Source: Desulfosudaceae bacterium
Lineage (GTDB): Bacteria > Desulfobacterota > Desulfobacteria > Desulfobacterales > Desulfosudaceae
DNA length: 64,000 bases
NCBI GenBank assembly: GCA_963674745.2
Contig: CAXXDV010000001.1
Span: 896,001 to 960,000, forward strand
Direction: 5' to 3'
The notes beneath the pieces are model-generated. The model was not told the DNA's origin, searched no databases, and was given only the letters and a program-made list of their open reading frames with translations. Both the position numbers and the translations under genes were made by a program. Of the stretch, positions 30,186 through 40,595 are shown piece after piece; position 1 is the stretch's first letter; every line of letters starts with the position of its first letter.

Positions 30186-30766
30186 GCGGCCGGGTCCGAA
30201 TTGTGATTGGTCACCAGCCAGTCGGAGGCATCCTCAAGATCGCCGGCGATATATTCAGGAAAAAGACCTTTTTTTAGAAGTTCTTTTTCGGCGGTAAGGC
30301 CGTTGCCGGTTTTGACCAGGATGCTGTATCCGCAACCGGCGGCTTTGCCGCATTCAATATCCCGGGTGCTGTCGCCGATCATACAGGCCGAAGCCAGATC
30401 AATGGCATATCGCCGGCAGGCCTGGTGAATCAGGCCGGGCAGGGGTTTGCGGCATTCACACCCTTCTTCAGGCGTATGGGGGCAATAAAAAATATCCGTA
30501 ATTTCACCGCCGCTGTCGGCCACCGTATGAACCAGTTTGTTGAGCATGTAATCCAGGCCTTCCCGGGTCATGAGCTTCCGGTTGATGGCCGACTGGTTGG
30601 TAATCAGGATAATGGAAAAATGGGCTTCGGTCAGTCGTTTTATGGCATCGAGGCTGCCGGCGATAAACGCCACCTCGGACCAGCTTTTAATATAGTCCGG
30701 CGAATCCTGGTTGATCACACCGTCTTTGTCCAGAAAGACCACTTTTTCAAGTAAAGATGGTTTCAT
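30182..30766 (-). CDS. gmhB: D-glycero-D-manno-heptose 1,7-bisphosphate phosphatase
   Basis: FLDKDGVIN, TNQS, CPH...CECRKP, GD. Confidence 0.85.
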   Translation of the reverse strand: MKPSLLEKVVFLDKDGVINQDSPDYIKSWSEVAFIAGSLDAIKRLTEAHFSIILITNQSAINRKLMTREGLDYMLNKLVHTVADSGGEITDIFYCPHTPEEGCECRKPLPGLIHQACRRYAIDLASACMIGDSTRDIECGKAAGCGYSILVKTGNGLTAEKELLKKGLFPEYIAGDLEDASDWLVTNHNSDPAA

Positions 30767-30771
30767 GCGTT

Positions 30772-31518
30772 TTACTCGGCTACCAGTTTGACATGGTCGT
30801 ACCCGTCGGAAACCAGCTTCTGTCGGGCCTGTTCCCCGGCCTCACGGGTGACATACTGCCCCACCCGCACCCGGTAAAACATCTTCGCACCCTCCTGGAA
30901 AGCGACAATAAAAACCTGGTCGTACTTCTTTTCCAGTGCGGATTTTAACTCATACGCATTTTCCCGGCTGGTAAACGACCCCACCTGGAGGGAAAAAGCG
31001 GCCGCGCCCCCGCCGCCGGACCGGTCATTTACCAAAACCGCCCGTTCGGCCAACGGTTCCCGGTAAGACGAATCCAGGGCCACCACCACCACCCGGCCGG
31101 TGCCGCCCATGGCAATGCCCAGCCGGGTGGCCGCTTCATAGGACAGATCAATGATCCGTTCGCCCACAAACGGCCCCCGATCGTTGACGCGTACAATCAC
31201 CGAACGGCCGTTTTTCGGGTTGATGACCATCACCCGGGTTCCCAGGGGCAGAATTTTATGGGCCGCGGTCATGCCGTGCATGTTGTACACTTCACCGCTG
31301 GACGTCTTTTTGCCGTGAAAATCCTTGCCGTACCAGGAGGCGATTCCGGCTTCCACAAAACCGGTGCTGTCTGTAATGGGGACATAGGTTTTTCCGAACT
31401 GTTCATAGGGATCGTTCTGCGAGGTTCGTTGGGGCGGAGTCGCACAAGCGGACACAAGCCAAAAACCGACGACAGTCCATAAAAGGTAGCCTGTTTTTCC
31501 CTGAGCAATCTGCTTCAT
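30772..31518 (-). CDS. rlpA: Septal ring lytic transglycosylase lipoprotein with SPOR domain
   Basis: ASWYG, TAAHKILP, VNDRGPF, LQVGSF. Confidence 0.92.
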   Translation of the reverse strand: MKQIAQGKTGYLLWTVVGFWLVSACATPPQRTSQNDPYEQFGKTYVPITDSTGFVEAGIASWYGKDFHGKKTSSGEVYNMHGMTAAHKILPLGTRVMVINPKNGRSVIVRVNDRGPFVGERIIDLSYEAATRLGIAMGGTGRVVVVALDSSYREPLAERAVLVNDRSGGGGAAAFSLQVGSFTSRENAYELKSALEKKYDQVFIVAFQEGAKMFYRVRVGQYVTREAGEQARQKLVSDGYDHVKLVAE

Positions 31519-31640
31519 ACAATACTTTCCAGACAGAATGGTTTACAATCATTTAAAAGTTTATTATATAACACTAATTTTTCTGTAGGCGCAACGGGTT
31601 GTCAGCCCCTTTCCGATTTAACCACTGACAGGGGGAAAAT

Positions 31641-32777
31641 TTGACGGAATCAACCAGCAGCAATTCACGAACAGCGCTGTCTCTGCAATACTTTCTTTTT
31701 TTCGGCGTGCTGGGCATTTTTCTGCCGTTTTTCAACCTCTACTGCTATCACCTTGGATTTTCCGGTGTTCAGATCGGCGCCCTGTTTTCCGTTCAAACCG
31801 GCGCCACGGTTATTTTTCCCATTCTCTGGGGCGCCCTGGCCGACCGCTTCAATGCCCGAAAATCGATTTTCGTGGTGTGCAATTTTATCGGCGCCGGAAT
31901 CTGGGCCTTTTTTCTGCTGACCACCGATTTTTTACCCATGCTGATCATCACCATTTTTTACGCTGTTTTTCGCGCACCGGTCATTTCCTTTATGGAAGCC
32001 TTTTCCATGGATATCCTGGGCCGAAAGAAAACCAGCTACGGCAAGGTCCGGGCCTGGGGCACCGCCAGTTTCGTGGCGGTAGTAATCCTGATGGGACGAT
32101 TAACGCACATCTATTCGGTAAATATTATCATCCCGTTGATTCTGGGCGGGCTGGTTCTGCAATCTTTCGGGACACTGCTGATGCCGGTGGTCAAACGTGA
32201 CCGGCCGCAGGAAAAGCCGCCCATATCCACCCTGGCCAGAAAAAAACTCGTGGTTTTTCTCGTCTGCGGATTTCTGATGCTGGTCAGTCACGGTACGTAT
32301 TACGGTTTTTTTTCCATCCATCTTGAAAACCTGGGCTTTGGAACCATGTTTATCGGATTTGCCTGGGCCCTTGCTTCAATTGCCGAAATAACGGTCATGA
32401 TCGGTTCCACCCGGCTGTTTGACCGCTTTTCTTTGGAAAACGTGCTTGTTTTCTCTTTTTTCGTGGCCTGCATCCGCTGGATATTGCTGTTTTTCGCGGT
32501 TTCCCCGGCAATGATACTGTTGGCTCAGCTTCTGCATGCCGTCACTTACGGCGCTTTTCACATGGCCAGCATCCTGTACATCGACCGGGTCAGCCCGGAA
32601 GGCGCCAAAACCATCGGCCAGGCCTTGAACAACTCGGTATCGTTCGGACTGGGCATGATGATCGGGGTGTTTGTCAACGGCTACTTCTTTGATATGGTGG
32701 GGTCTACGCCGTTGTTCATCGGCAGCGCTGTTGTGGCCGCCGTTGGCGGGCTTATCCTGTGGCCGGTACTTAAATAA
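31641..32777 (+). CDS. MFS transporter
   Basis: About 12 TM, WGALADRF, YGKVRAWG. Confidence 0.9.
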   Translation: MTESTSSNSRTALSLQYFLFFGVLGIFLPFFNLYCYHLGFSGVQIGALFSVQTGATVIFPILWGALADRFNARKSIFVVCNFIGAGIWAFFLLTTDFLPMLIITIFYAVFRAPVISFMEAFSMDILGRKKTSYGKVRAWGTASFVAVVILMGRLTHIYSVNIIIPLILGGLVLQSFGTLLMPVVKRDRPQEKPPISTLARKKLVVFLVCGFLMLVSHGTYYGFFSIHLENLGFGTMFIGFAWALASIAEITVMIGSTRLFDRFSLENVLVFSFFVACIRWILLFFAVSPAMILLAQLLHAVTYGAFHMASILYIDRVSPEGAKTIGQALNNSVSFGLGMMIGVFVNGYFFDMVGSTPLFIGSAVVAAVGGLILWPVLK

Positions 32778-33216
32778 TGCCCTGTTCCGCCCTTTTTTTC
32801 AGGGCCCGGTTCATATCATCAAACGGCCTGATGACCGCTTTTTGCAATTTTGGTCTTAACAGGGGAATAAGCAGACCATAAAAGATCATGTCGTGATGCA
32901 GACGGCATTTGTCTTCCGCTGTCTGCTCCATCAGAAACAGGTGCTGGCTTTCAAACACCAGTGCCAGGCCCGGGCTCCCCAACCATCTAAGCTCTTTATT
33001 TTCATCCACGACCAGCAACCGGGGTCGAAAAGTGTGCCCCCGACGGCCCTCGGGTTCAAATCGTACCGTCAGGCGCTGACCTGTCTTCACGCTGCCGCTT
33101 GCCTGCCTGATCATGGGGTTCCATTCCGGATACGCGTCAAGATCGGTCAGCACACGCCAGACCTGTTCGACGCCGGCCGAAATATCAATCTGTGTATGGA
33201 TGGTTTCCCGAAACAT
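32770..33216 (-). CDS. SRPBCC domain protein
   Basis: VWRVLTDLDAYPEWNP. Confidence 0.88.
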   Translation of the reverse strand: MFRETIHTQIDISAGVEQVWRVLTDLDAYPEWNPMIRQASGSVKTGQRLTVRFEPEGRRGHTFRPRLLVVDENKELRWLGSPGLALVFESQHLFLMEQTAEDKCRLHHDMIFYGLLIPLLRPKLQKAVIRPFDDMNRALKKRAEQGII

Positions 33217-33284
33217 TTCAGTTATCTGAATATTTCATAAGTTTTTTCGACATAAATCAATATATCTACAGTGAAATATCCGGA

Positions 33285-33569
33285 TTAAAAGCTTCGACGT
33301 CTGGGAGCCTTCTTGCGGCGTTTTTTTCCGTCCGGATCGGCCTGATTTACCTTGATATCCTGGCCGCCGATATATTTTCTGTTCAGGGCTTTAATGGCTT
33401 TATCCGCCTCCGAGTTGCTGGGCATTTCAACGAACGCAAAACCCTTGGATATTCCGGAATATCGGTCCTTTATCAGCTTGACACTTTCAACTTCCCCGAA
33501 CTCTGAAAACATCTTATTCAGCATATCTTCGGAAATGGATTCCGACAGATTGCCCACGTAAATATTCAT
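33285..33569 (-). CDS. RRM RNA-binding protein
   Basis: IYVGNL, KGFAFVEM. Confidence 0.95.
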   Translation of the reverse strand: MNIYVGNLSESISEDMLNKMFSEFGEVESVKLIKDRYSGISKGFAFVEMPSNSEADKAIKALNRKYIGGQDIKVNQADPDGKKRRKKAPRRRSF

Positions 33570-33758
33570 CTATAATTTCCTTTCTGTTTTTTTGATTTTC
33601 TCAGGCAAACGCTCAAAGCGCAAGTAGATATTGAAAAATTTGACAATTTATTCAATCTCTGGCATATTAATGATTATAGTTATCTGCCTGTTTCACCTGC
33701 GCTGACCTCAATGTTTCGATTTTTTTGACAGGTTAACCGTTGACGAAAGATTATACCG

Positions 33759-34172
33759 ATGAACAGATTTACAACCATTTCAGTTTTTGTTTTTTTCCTG
33801 CTGGGCATCTTTGCCGGCACTGTAATGGCAAAATGGTCGCTTCTTGAAGATTATCAGATGGCGGATCTGGCCGGTGATGAAGGCCTCTGCTTCGCCTCCA
33901 TACAGGACAAATGTGACTTTGAAGGGTTGAATTATGTCAGAACGTACCCGGAAGATGATCTGAATGATGATATGGACGCAGCCCGGGATCAGGGTTATGA
34001 GTTGATTTCTTATGACTTTTCGTTCAAGCACCCCATGGATCCGCCTCCGGCCCCGGTGGTGGAAACGCCCGTGTTAGGCGAAGCGTTTTTCCAGTCCGGC
34101 TGGTACACACCCGGTTATTCGGGGTGGGTCAACCTGTGGGATAAGCTCCTCGAATCCATGCCCGCGCATTAG
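33759..34172 (+). CDS. Secreted hypothetical protein
   Basis: Signal-peptide-like N-terminus. Confidence 0.65.
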   Translation: MNRFTTISVFVFFLLGIFAGTVMAKWSLLEDYQMADLAGDEGLCFASIQDKCDFEGLNYVRTYPEDDLNDDMDAARDQGYELISYDFSFKHPMDPPPAPVVETPVLGEAFFQSGWYTPGYSGWVNLWDKLLESMPAH

Positions 34173-34180
34173 CCCCACGG

Positions 34181-34600
34181 CTACTTCTTTTCCATGGCCG
34201 CCCGTTCCTGCTCCAACTCCTTGATCAGGGCCGACAATGTCCAGCTTTCGGAAAACGGTGTCAAGGTTGCCCATAACGGGCGGGGCAATCCGGTTCCCCG
34301 ATAGGCGGACAGTGTCCGATGCAGTTCTTTTTCTTTGATCCCGGCAAGAATAATGGCCCGCACGGGTCCGGCCTCCCCGTTTCGACCGGATTGATCGGAA
34401 CGGGCAAATATATCAGCAAGTTTCTTGTCATTATCAGCCGCTGTGGCAAAAATCACCGACACCGCTTCCAAAGGAACGGCTTCGAGCATTTTTAAAATCG
34501 TGCCCTGCTCAACATCTGAAAATCCGCATACCAGCAAGGCCCTGGGACCATACAAAAGCTGGTCCGTCTCTTCCATTTTCTTAAACGTGCCCTGACTCAT
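34181..34600 (-). CDS. DUF3783-like protein
   Basis: LWATLTPFSESWTLSALIKELEQE. Confidence 0.75.
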   Translation of the reverse strand: MSQGTFKKMEETDQLLYGPRALLVCGFSDVEQGTILKMLEAVPLEAVSVIFATAADNDKKLADIFARSDQSGRNGEAGPVRAIILAGIKEKELHRTLSAYRGTGLPRPLWATLTPFSESWTLSALIKELEQERAAMEKK

Positions 34601-34936
34601 GGTTTCCTCCTTTGCCTGACCGGGGTTGTGCCATCTGATTTAAACTTTTATCATACCTGGTATCAAAATAAAAATACGGTGACTTGTTCCGGACATCAAT
34701 GATAATAAATAAAAAAGACCACCTTCCCATTAGTTGTAGTATAAGGGCTGCATAACTTTCAGTTCAGTCAAAGGTCTTGGAAGGGGCCAAGGGTTCAAGG
34801 GGTCAAGTAAACGACTATAAACAAAAGTCGGACGAACGTCTGGATGTTCGGCTTGTGGGTTGAAATCCGGATATTCTTAACAGAACATGCGATCCGCATT
34901 ATACTTTTTTATATACAAACGACCTCGGGAAACACC

Positions 34937-35530
34937 ATGAGCAAAGACCGCCTCAAGCAACAAATCGACTTTATCCTGGAAATCGACCGGTTGAAAACCA
35001 TTGACCGCCGGACTTACCTGACCGACACCAGCCGTTTTGAAAACTCGGCCGAGCACTCCTGGCATATCGCCGTTATGGCCCTGGTTCTGTCCGAACATGC
35101 CAACAACCCGGACATTGATCTGTTAAAAGTGATCCGCATGCTGCTGCTTCATGACCTGGTGGAGATTGACGCCGGCGACACCTTTGCCTATGACATCCGG
35201 GCCAATGAAGACAAGCAGGTCCGGGAGCAGGCCGCGGCGGAAAGAATTTTTAACCTTTTGCCTCCGGACCAGGCCGCTGTTTTCCGGGAGGCCTGGGAAG
35301 AATTTGAGGCCAGACAGACCCCGGAAGCCGTGTTTGCCGCATCCCTTGACCGGCTTCAGCCCATGCTGCACAACCTGTATACCCGGGGCAAAGCCTGGCA
35401 GGAGCACGGGGTGCGAAAGGACCAGGTCCTTGCCTTCAACCGCCACATGGCCGAGGGCGCTTCCGCCCTGTGGGACTTCGCCGTTGCCGGCATTGAAAAA
35501 GCGGTTGATCGCGGCGATCTCCAGGAATAA
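34937..35530 (+). CDS. HD domain hydrolase
   Basis: ENSAEHSWH, LLHDLVEIDAGD. Confidence 0.92.
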   Translation: MSKDRLKQQIDFILEIDRLKTIDRRTYLTDTSRFENSAEHSWHIAVMALVLSEHANNPDIDLLKVIRMLLLHDLVEIDAGDTFAYDIRANEDKQVREQAAAERIFNLLPPDQAAVFREAWEEFEARQTPEAVFAASLDRLQPMLHNLYTRGKAWQEHGVRKDQVLAFNRHMAEGASALWDFAVAGIEKAVDRGDLQE

Positions 35531-35543
35531 AAGGACATTAAAA

Positions 35544-36575
35544 ATGCCGGGCTGGTTTAAACCCCGATATCCTCGTCTGGACTGGATCCAGGTGGAAATT
35601 ACCTCCCGCTGTAACGCCGACTGTCGTTTTTGCCCCCATCACGCCTGGCGGCAGGACTGGCAAAACCGGGACATGTCGATAGAAACATTTGAATCCCTGT
35701 TACCGGCCTTAAAGAAAACGCGGCTGGTCTATCTTCAGGGCTGGGGCGAACCCTTTCTGCACCCCGATTTTTTTAAATTGCTCAACATCGGCAGGTCAGC
35801 CGGCGCCCGGGTGGGCACCACCACCAACGGGACCCTTCTCGACCGCTCAACAACCGAACGGATGGTGACCGAAAATCTTGATTTCATTGCCTTTTCCATG
35901 GCTGGTATGTCAGAAGAAAATGACCGGATCAGAAAAGGCACCCGCCTGGAATCTGTCCGCAAAGCCATAGAAACGCTCAAACAGGTCAAAGACAATCATG
36001 GCAGCCGCACCCCGGCTGTCCATATCGCTTTTATGCTGCTTCGTTCCCGGTTAAAGGAGATTGACCGCCTGCCGGATTTTTTTGCCGGCCTGGGCGTTGA
36101 CCAGGTCGTGATCAGCTCGTTGAGCCTGGCAACGGCGCCGGAATGGAAAAAGGAGGCCATTCTTGCCGACACGCCGGAAGAATGGGCCGAACTGACGGAA
36201 CAGGTTTTAAAGGCCCGTAAAACCGCCCGCCGCCGTAACCTGGATTTGCACTTCCGGCTGGTATCTCCCCTGGCCAAACCGGAACCGTGCCATGAAAATA
36301 TCCTTCACGCGATGGTGATCGGCGTCAACGGCGATGTTTCGCCGTGTGTGATGACCAACTTTCCCCATCCCCGGCCGCCGGCCCGTCGGGTCTTCGGCAA
36401 CATCAACCATCAGCCCTTAAACAACATTTGGCGAAACCCGGCCTACCGTTCCTTTCGTCGCCAATGGGCCACCGGGAACCTGCCGGAGGACTGCCGAATT
36501 TGTCTTAAAAGCCGGATGGTTGACATCGCGTCGGAGACATCCGGCCCGACCGGAAATCTGGTACCTGATTTTTAA
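35544..36575 (+). CDS. Radical SAM/SPASM protein
   Basis: CNADCRFC, GWGEP, GDVSPC...CRIC. Confidence 0.9.
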   Translation: MPGWFKPRYPRLDWIQVEITSRCNADCRFCPHHAWRQDWQNRDMSIETFESLLPALKKTRLVYLQGWGEPFLHPDFFKLLNIGRSAGARVGTTTNGTLLDRSTTERMVTENLDFIAFSMAGMSEENDRIRKGTRLESVRKAIETLKQVKDNHGSRTPAVHIAFMLLRSRLKEIDRLPDFFAGLGVDQVVISSLSLATAPEWKKEAILADTPEEWAELTEQVLKARKTARRRNLDLHFRLVSPLAKPEPCHENILHAMVIGVNGDVSPCVMTNFPHPRPPARRVFGNINHQPLNNIWRNPAYRSFRRQWATGNLPEDCRICLKSRMVDIASETSGPTGNLVPDF

Positions 36576-36733
36576 CGTTTTTGATTTACTTTCAGGCCCG
36601 TCTTTTTCCCGGCCCGGTGTTCGACGACACCCATGATCCAGTCGAACAGCGCTTTGAAAACCCACCTAAAAAATCATGCCTGACTCTTTTATGGACTTTT
36701 TTTAGATTTTTTGTAATTTTTATTCTTTTTTTC

Positions 36734-36760
36734 TTGACAAAAAAGTCCAATCTGACTTTT
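36734..36760 (+). promoter_or_regulatory. -35 box plus inverted repeat, probable TetR operator
   Basis: TTGACA then AAAAGTC-N6-GACTTTT. Confidence 0.55.
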
Positions 36761-36803
36761 ATTGTAATTTATCACCTCATAAAAACAAAAAGGAACCCAT
36801 TTT

Positions 36804-37478
36804 ATGGCCGGAAAAAAGCCTTCTCAAGCACCCAAAATGCAGCAACGGGCGATTGCCACGCGCCAGCGCTTTCTGGAAGCCACCCTCCAGTCCCTGGCGG
36901 AAAAAGGCTACGCCGCCACCACCACCCAGGAAATCTGCCGGCGCCTCAATGTGTCCCGGGGAACCCTGCTTCACCACTTTTCCACTCGCGAAGAACTGAT
37001 CATCGAGGCGGTGGAATATGTCCTGGGGGAAAACGTGAGCCACTTCAAACAGACCATGACCAACCTGGCCGGCCGTCAACTGACAATGGTCGACATTGCC
37101 AGAAACCTCTGGGAAGAGCACTGGACCAGTCCGACCTACTATGCCTGGTTGGAACTGGTGCTGGCCTCCCGGACCGATCCGGTGCTGAACAAACAGGTCC
37201 GCTCTCTGTCCGAACGGTGGACGGAAAAATTTCACGCCGCCTTCAGGGATGTCATGGGCCGGGAACCGGACGGGGTATACTGGCTGTTTTTTCTGGTATT
37301 GAACGCTTTATCCATTGAAACCATCCACACCATGCCGGAACGCGTTAACGGCTTTCTGGATGATTTAATGGCTTTTGTGGATATCACCGACCGGTTTTTC
37401 ATTCAGTATCCCGGGCGGGCGGCGGGCCCGACCAATAGACAGGAAGACAAAATCAAAAACGAGAAAGCAGAGCAGTAA
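36804..37478 (+). CDS. TetR/AcrR family regulator
   Basis: TTTQEICRRLNVSRGTLLHHFSTRE. Confidence 0.93.
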   Translation: MAGKKPSQAPKMQQRAIATRQRFLEATLQSLAEKGYAATTTQEICRRLNVSRGTLLHHFSTREELIIEAVEYVLGENVSHFKQTMTNLAGRQLTMVDIARNLWEEHWTSPTYYAWLELVLASRTDPVLNKQVRSLSERWTEKFHAAFRDVMGREPDGVYWLFFLVLNALSIETIHTMPERVNGFLDDLMAFVDITDRFFIQYPGRAAGPTNRQEDKIKNEKAEQ

Positions 37479-37515
37479 TTGATTGCAGGATAGCGAAACA
37501 AAAAGGAGACAAGCA

Positions 37516-38655
37516 ATGACAATTCAACAACCATTTAAACAGGGCGCGGATTTTGAATACCTGCGCAAAGTGCTGATGCGGGAAGTATCCCAGGGCCCGG
37601 TGCCGATCATCGAGCTCGTAGTTGACGGCGACCCCATGTCCGAGGTGACGGGGCTGCCCACACCCTTCAGCAGCATGCTGGACATGGTTGATTTTGTGGA
37701 AGGTGACGGTTCCATAAATCAGGATTCGATAAGAAAGGCCGTACAGGTCTATGACCTCTCTCTGGGTTTTACCCGGGCGGTGGGCTATGATTATGTCACG
37801 ATCATTCCCGCCGTTCTCATTCCGCGCACCAAAGCGAATATCAGCCGGGAGATTCCCGGTCAGGTCAAGCAGCGGGGCTGGCAGAACGAACATGACGGCT
37901 TGATTCAGGACCGGGCCGCCTTTGAGGCTTTTCCCTGGCCGGACTCGAGCGGGCTTGGCCTTGTGGGTATCGACTATATTGCACCCCAGATGCCCGAAGG
38001 CGCCAAAATCATGGTTTTTTACATGGGTATATTCGAAGACCTGCGGGCGTTGATGGGGTTTGAGCAGATGGCCATCAAGAGTATTCGCGAACCCGAACTT
38101 ATCGGCGACATTCTGGAGAAACTGACGGTCATTGCCGAAACGGAGCTTGATAAAATCGCGGCCCATCCATCGGTCGGCGCGGTATTTTATGCCGAGGACA
38201 TGGGATTCAACACCGGCACCATGCTCTCGCCGGCCTTTTTCAAAGAATGGGTTATTCCCCGCCAGAAGCGCATCGCCGATGTCGTCCACAAGCACAACAA
38301 ACCGTTTCTGCTCCATTCCTGCGGCCAGGTCGACGCCCTGATGGAGGACCTGATCGAAGTAGTGGGTATCGACGGGTATCACAGCTTTGAAGACAACATC
38401 GAACCGGTCGAGGATTTCTATAAACGCTACCACGACCGCATCTCCATCCTCGGCGGCGTGGACGTCAACCTGCTCACCCACGGCAGCGAAGAAGAGGTAC
38501 GGACCCGATGCCGCCGGATTCTCGATGCCTGCGGTCCGGGCGGGGGTTTTGCCATCGGCTCGGGCAATTCCATCACCAATTACTGCAGTATCGAAAATTA
38601 TTACACCATGCTGGATGAGACCCGGCGCTGGAATGAAGAACAGGGCTTTAAATAA
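37516..38655 (+). CDS. URO-D/MtaA-CmuA family protein (putative corrinoid methyltransferase)
   Basis: EDMG, LLHSCG, ILGGVD, GSGNSI. Confidence 0.85.
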   Translation: MTIQQPFKQGADFEYLRKVLMREVSQGPVPIIELVVDGDPMSEVTGLPTPFSSMLDMVDFVEGDGSINQDSIRKAVQVYDLSLGFTRAVGYDYVTIIPAVLIPRTKANISREIPGQVKQRGWQNEHDGLIQDRAAFEAFPWPDSSGLGLVGIDYIAPQMPEGAKIMVFYMGIFEDLRALMGFEQMAIKSIREPELIGDILEKLTVIAETELDKIAAHPSVGAVFYAEDMGFNTGTMLSPAFFKEWVIPRQKRIADVVHKHNKPFLLHSCGQVDALMEDLIEVVGIDGYHSFEDNIEPVEDFYKRYHDRISILGGVDVNLLTHGSEEEVRTRCRRILDACGPGGGFAIGSGNSITNYCSIENYYTMLDETRRWNEEQGFK

Positions 38656-38668
38656 GGGAGACAAGCAT

Positions 38669-39289
38669 ATGAAAGAACTCAAAGAAAAAATCATTGCCGG
38701 AGATGAAGCAGGCACCGCAAAGATCGTCCGCAGCCTTTTGGACGACAAGGTCGAGGTCGAGATTATCATGAAACAGGGCCTGATCGCGGCCATGGACGAA
38801 GTGGGCGACCGGTTCCAGGCCGGCAAGATATACCTGCCGGAGATGCTGGTGGCGGCCCAGGCCATGAAAAGCGGCCTGGCCGTTTTAGAACCGTTAATCA
38901 AGGGCAGCGGCGTCAAACCGGCCGGCACGGCCGTCATCGGCACCATGCAGGGTGACCTGCACGACATCGGTAAAAACCTGGTCATCATGTCCCTGGAAGG
39001 CGCCGGTTTTGAAGTCGTTGACCTGGGCATGGACGTGCCACCGGAGAAATTTGTCGACGCCATTACCGCCCATCAACCCCGGGTGGTGGGCATGAGCGCA
39101 CTGCTTAGCACTACCATGTTAGGAATGGAAAAGACGGTTACAGCCATTACGGAAGCTGGTCTCCGGGACCAGGTCAAAATCATGGTCGGCGGCGCGCCCG
39201 TCAACCAGGATTTTGCGGACAGGATCGGGGCCGATTTTTACGGCAAGGATTCGGTTGCCGCCAAGGTTTTCGCGATAGAAGCGCTTTAA
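38669..39289 (+). CDS. Corrinoid (B12-binding) methyl-carrier protein
   Basis: DLHDIGKNLV (DxHxxG), SALL, MVGGAP. Confidence 0.95.
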   Translation: MKELKEKIIAGDEAGTAKIVRSLLDDKVEVEIIMKQGLIAAMDEVGDRFQAGKIYLPEMLVAAQAMKSGLAVLEPLIKGSGVKPAGTAVIGTMQGDLHDIGKNLVIMSLEGAGFEVVDLGMDVPPEKFVDAITAHQPRVVGMSALLSTTMLGMEKTVTAITEAGLRDQVKIMVGGAPVNQDFADRIGADFYGKDSVAAKVFAIEAL

Positions 39290-39323
39290 CCCCCACAATC
39301 CATACCCATAAAAGAGGGAAAAC

Positions 39324-40454
39324 ATGGCACAGCAAACGTTTCACAGCATCTGCGCCTGGACGTTCAACGCCGGCAAAGGCGGGTTCACCCCTGCCGACAC
39401 CCGGCCGCAATGGACCGAAGACCGCCTGGACACCTGCGGTAAAATAGGCCTGATCAAGGATAAAATAGCCCCCCGGCTGCCCGATCATATTCATCTGGGC
39501 CTGGAGATTCATTACGACTATGAATACAATGAGAGTGATGCCGGGGCCATTGCCGACAAACTGGTCGAGACCGGGATTTCCCTGGCCATGACCACGCCGG
39601 GCGCCCACCGACATTTCCCTTATGGTGGTCCTGCCTCTCCTGACATAAAGGAACGGGACGCGGCCCGGGAATACAGCGCGAAAGCCCTTGACCTGACCTA
39701 CGGTCCCCTGAAGAAGGCCTGGCACCCGGAGGTCCCGCCGGCTTTCGTCATCTGGAACGGTTCCTTCGGCTATGACCTGGCCACGGTCGGCATCCGCAAT
39801 ATGTACCAGAACCTGAAGGAAAGCGTGGCCGGTTTATGCCGGCTGGAAGCGGAACGCGGCGGACATCTGCATATTGCCATCGAGCCCAAGCCCAACGAAG
39901 GCCACCCGGCCATGCTCCTGCCCACGGTTGCCTCGGCCATCGTGTTCTGGCGAAAACTGCACGAGGAGTTCGGCATTGACCTGAAGCAAAAAGGGGTCAA
40001 CAAGGAGTTCGGTCATTCGGAAATGATCGGGCTGGACCATGTCTATGATACCGTGGAAGAGATCGACAACCACATGCTCTGCCACATGCACATCAACAGC
40101 CAGGGTTACAACGACGGCCTGATCCTGGGCGGCCCGGGTAAATACGATATCGACAACGGCGCCCGCATCAACGGCATGAATATCGCCATTGCCGGGCTGA
40201 TTCAACAGGCCGGCTATAACCGCTGGAAAGGCCACGACATGCAGGTCCGCGCCCATGACACCGAAGCGCAGGGCATCGACCGGGTCGTTCGCAGCATCTT
40301 AAGCTGGGACGCCTGCGAACAGGCGGCAGCGGCTCTGGATTATGACACCCTGAACGACCACCTGGCCGACCGCGAAACCGCCAAAGCCGAAGACATCATG
40401 CGCCGGGCCGTCATGCACGCCTGTGACATTTTTTACCAAATGTACGAAAGGTAG
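39324..40454 (+). CDS. Xylose isomerase-like TIM barrel
   Basis: IEPKPNE, NKEFGH motifs; context with xylulokinase. Confidence 0.8.
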   Translation: MAQQTFHSICAWTFNAGKGGFTPADTRPQWTEDRLDTCGKIGLIKDKIAPRLPDHIHLGLEIHYDYEYNESDAGAIADKLVETGISLAMTTPGAHRHFPYGGPASPDIKERDAAREYSAKALDLTYGPLKKAWHPEVPPAFVIWNGSFGYDLATVGIRNMYQNLKESVAGLCRLEAERGGHLHIAIEPKPNEGHPAMLLPTVASAIVFWRKLHEEFGIDLKQKGVNKEFGHSEMIGLDHVYDTVEEIDNHMLCHMHINSQGYNDGLILGGPGKYDIDNGARINGMNIAIAGLIQQAGYNRWKGHDMQVRAHDTEAQGIDRVVRSILSWDACEQAAAALDYDTLNDHLADRETAKAEDIMRRAVMHACDIFYQMYER

Positions 40455-40561
40455 GGGCGGCCCCCTGTGGCCGCCCAACTGGTGGGCAACCACGGGGGGA
40501 TTGCCCCTACATGAACACCGATCATGCGCATCGTAGGGGCAGCCACGAGAGGTGCCCCTAC
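40451..40561. repeat. Cluster of three GTAG-type REP hairpins
   Basis: GTAGGGGC...GCCC units, one inverted pair, ending CTAC. Confidence 0.7.
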
Positions 40562-40595
40562 ATGAACCGCTGATAAATGAAGGTAAAAACACTTA

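Noticed and set aside
37453..39063. 536-aa minus-strand ORF
   Set aside because: Antisense shadow of URO-D and corrinoid genes
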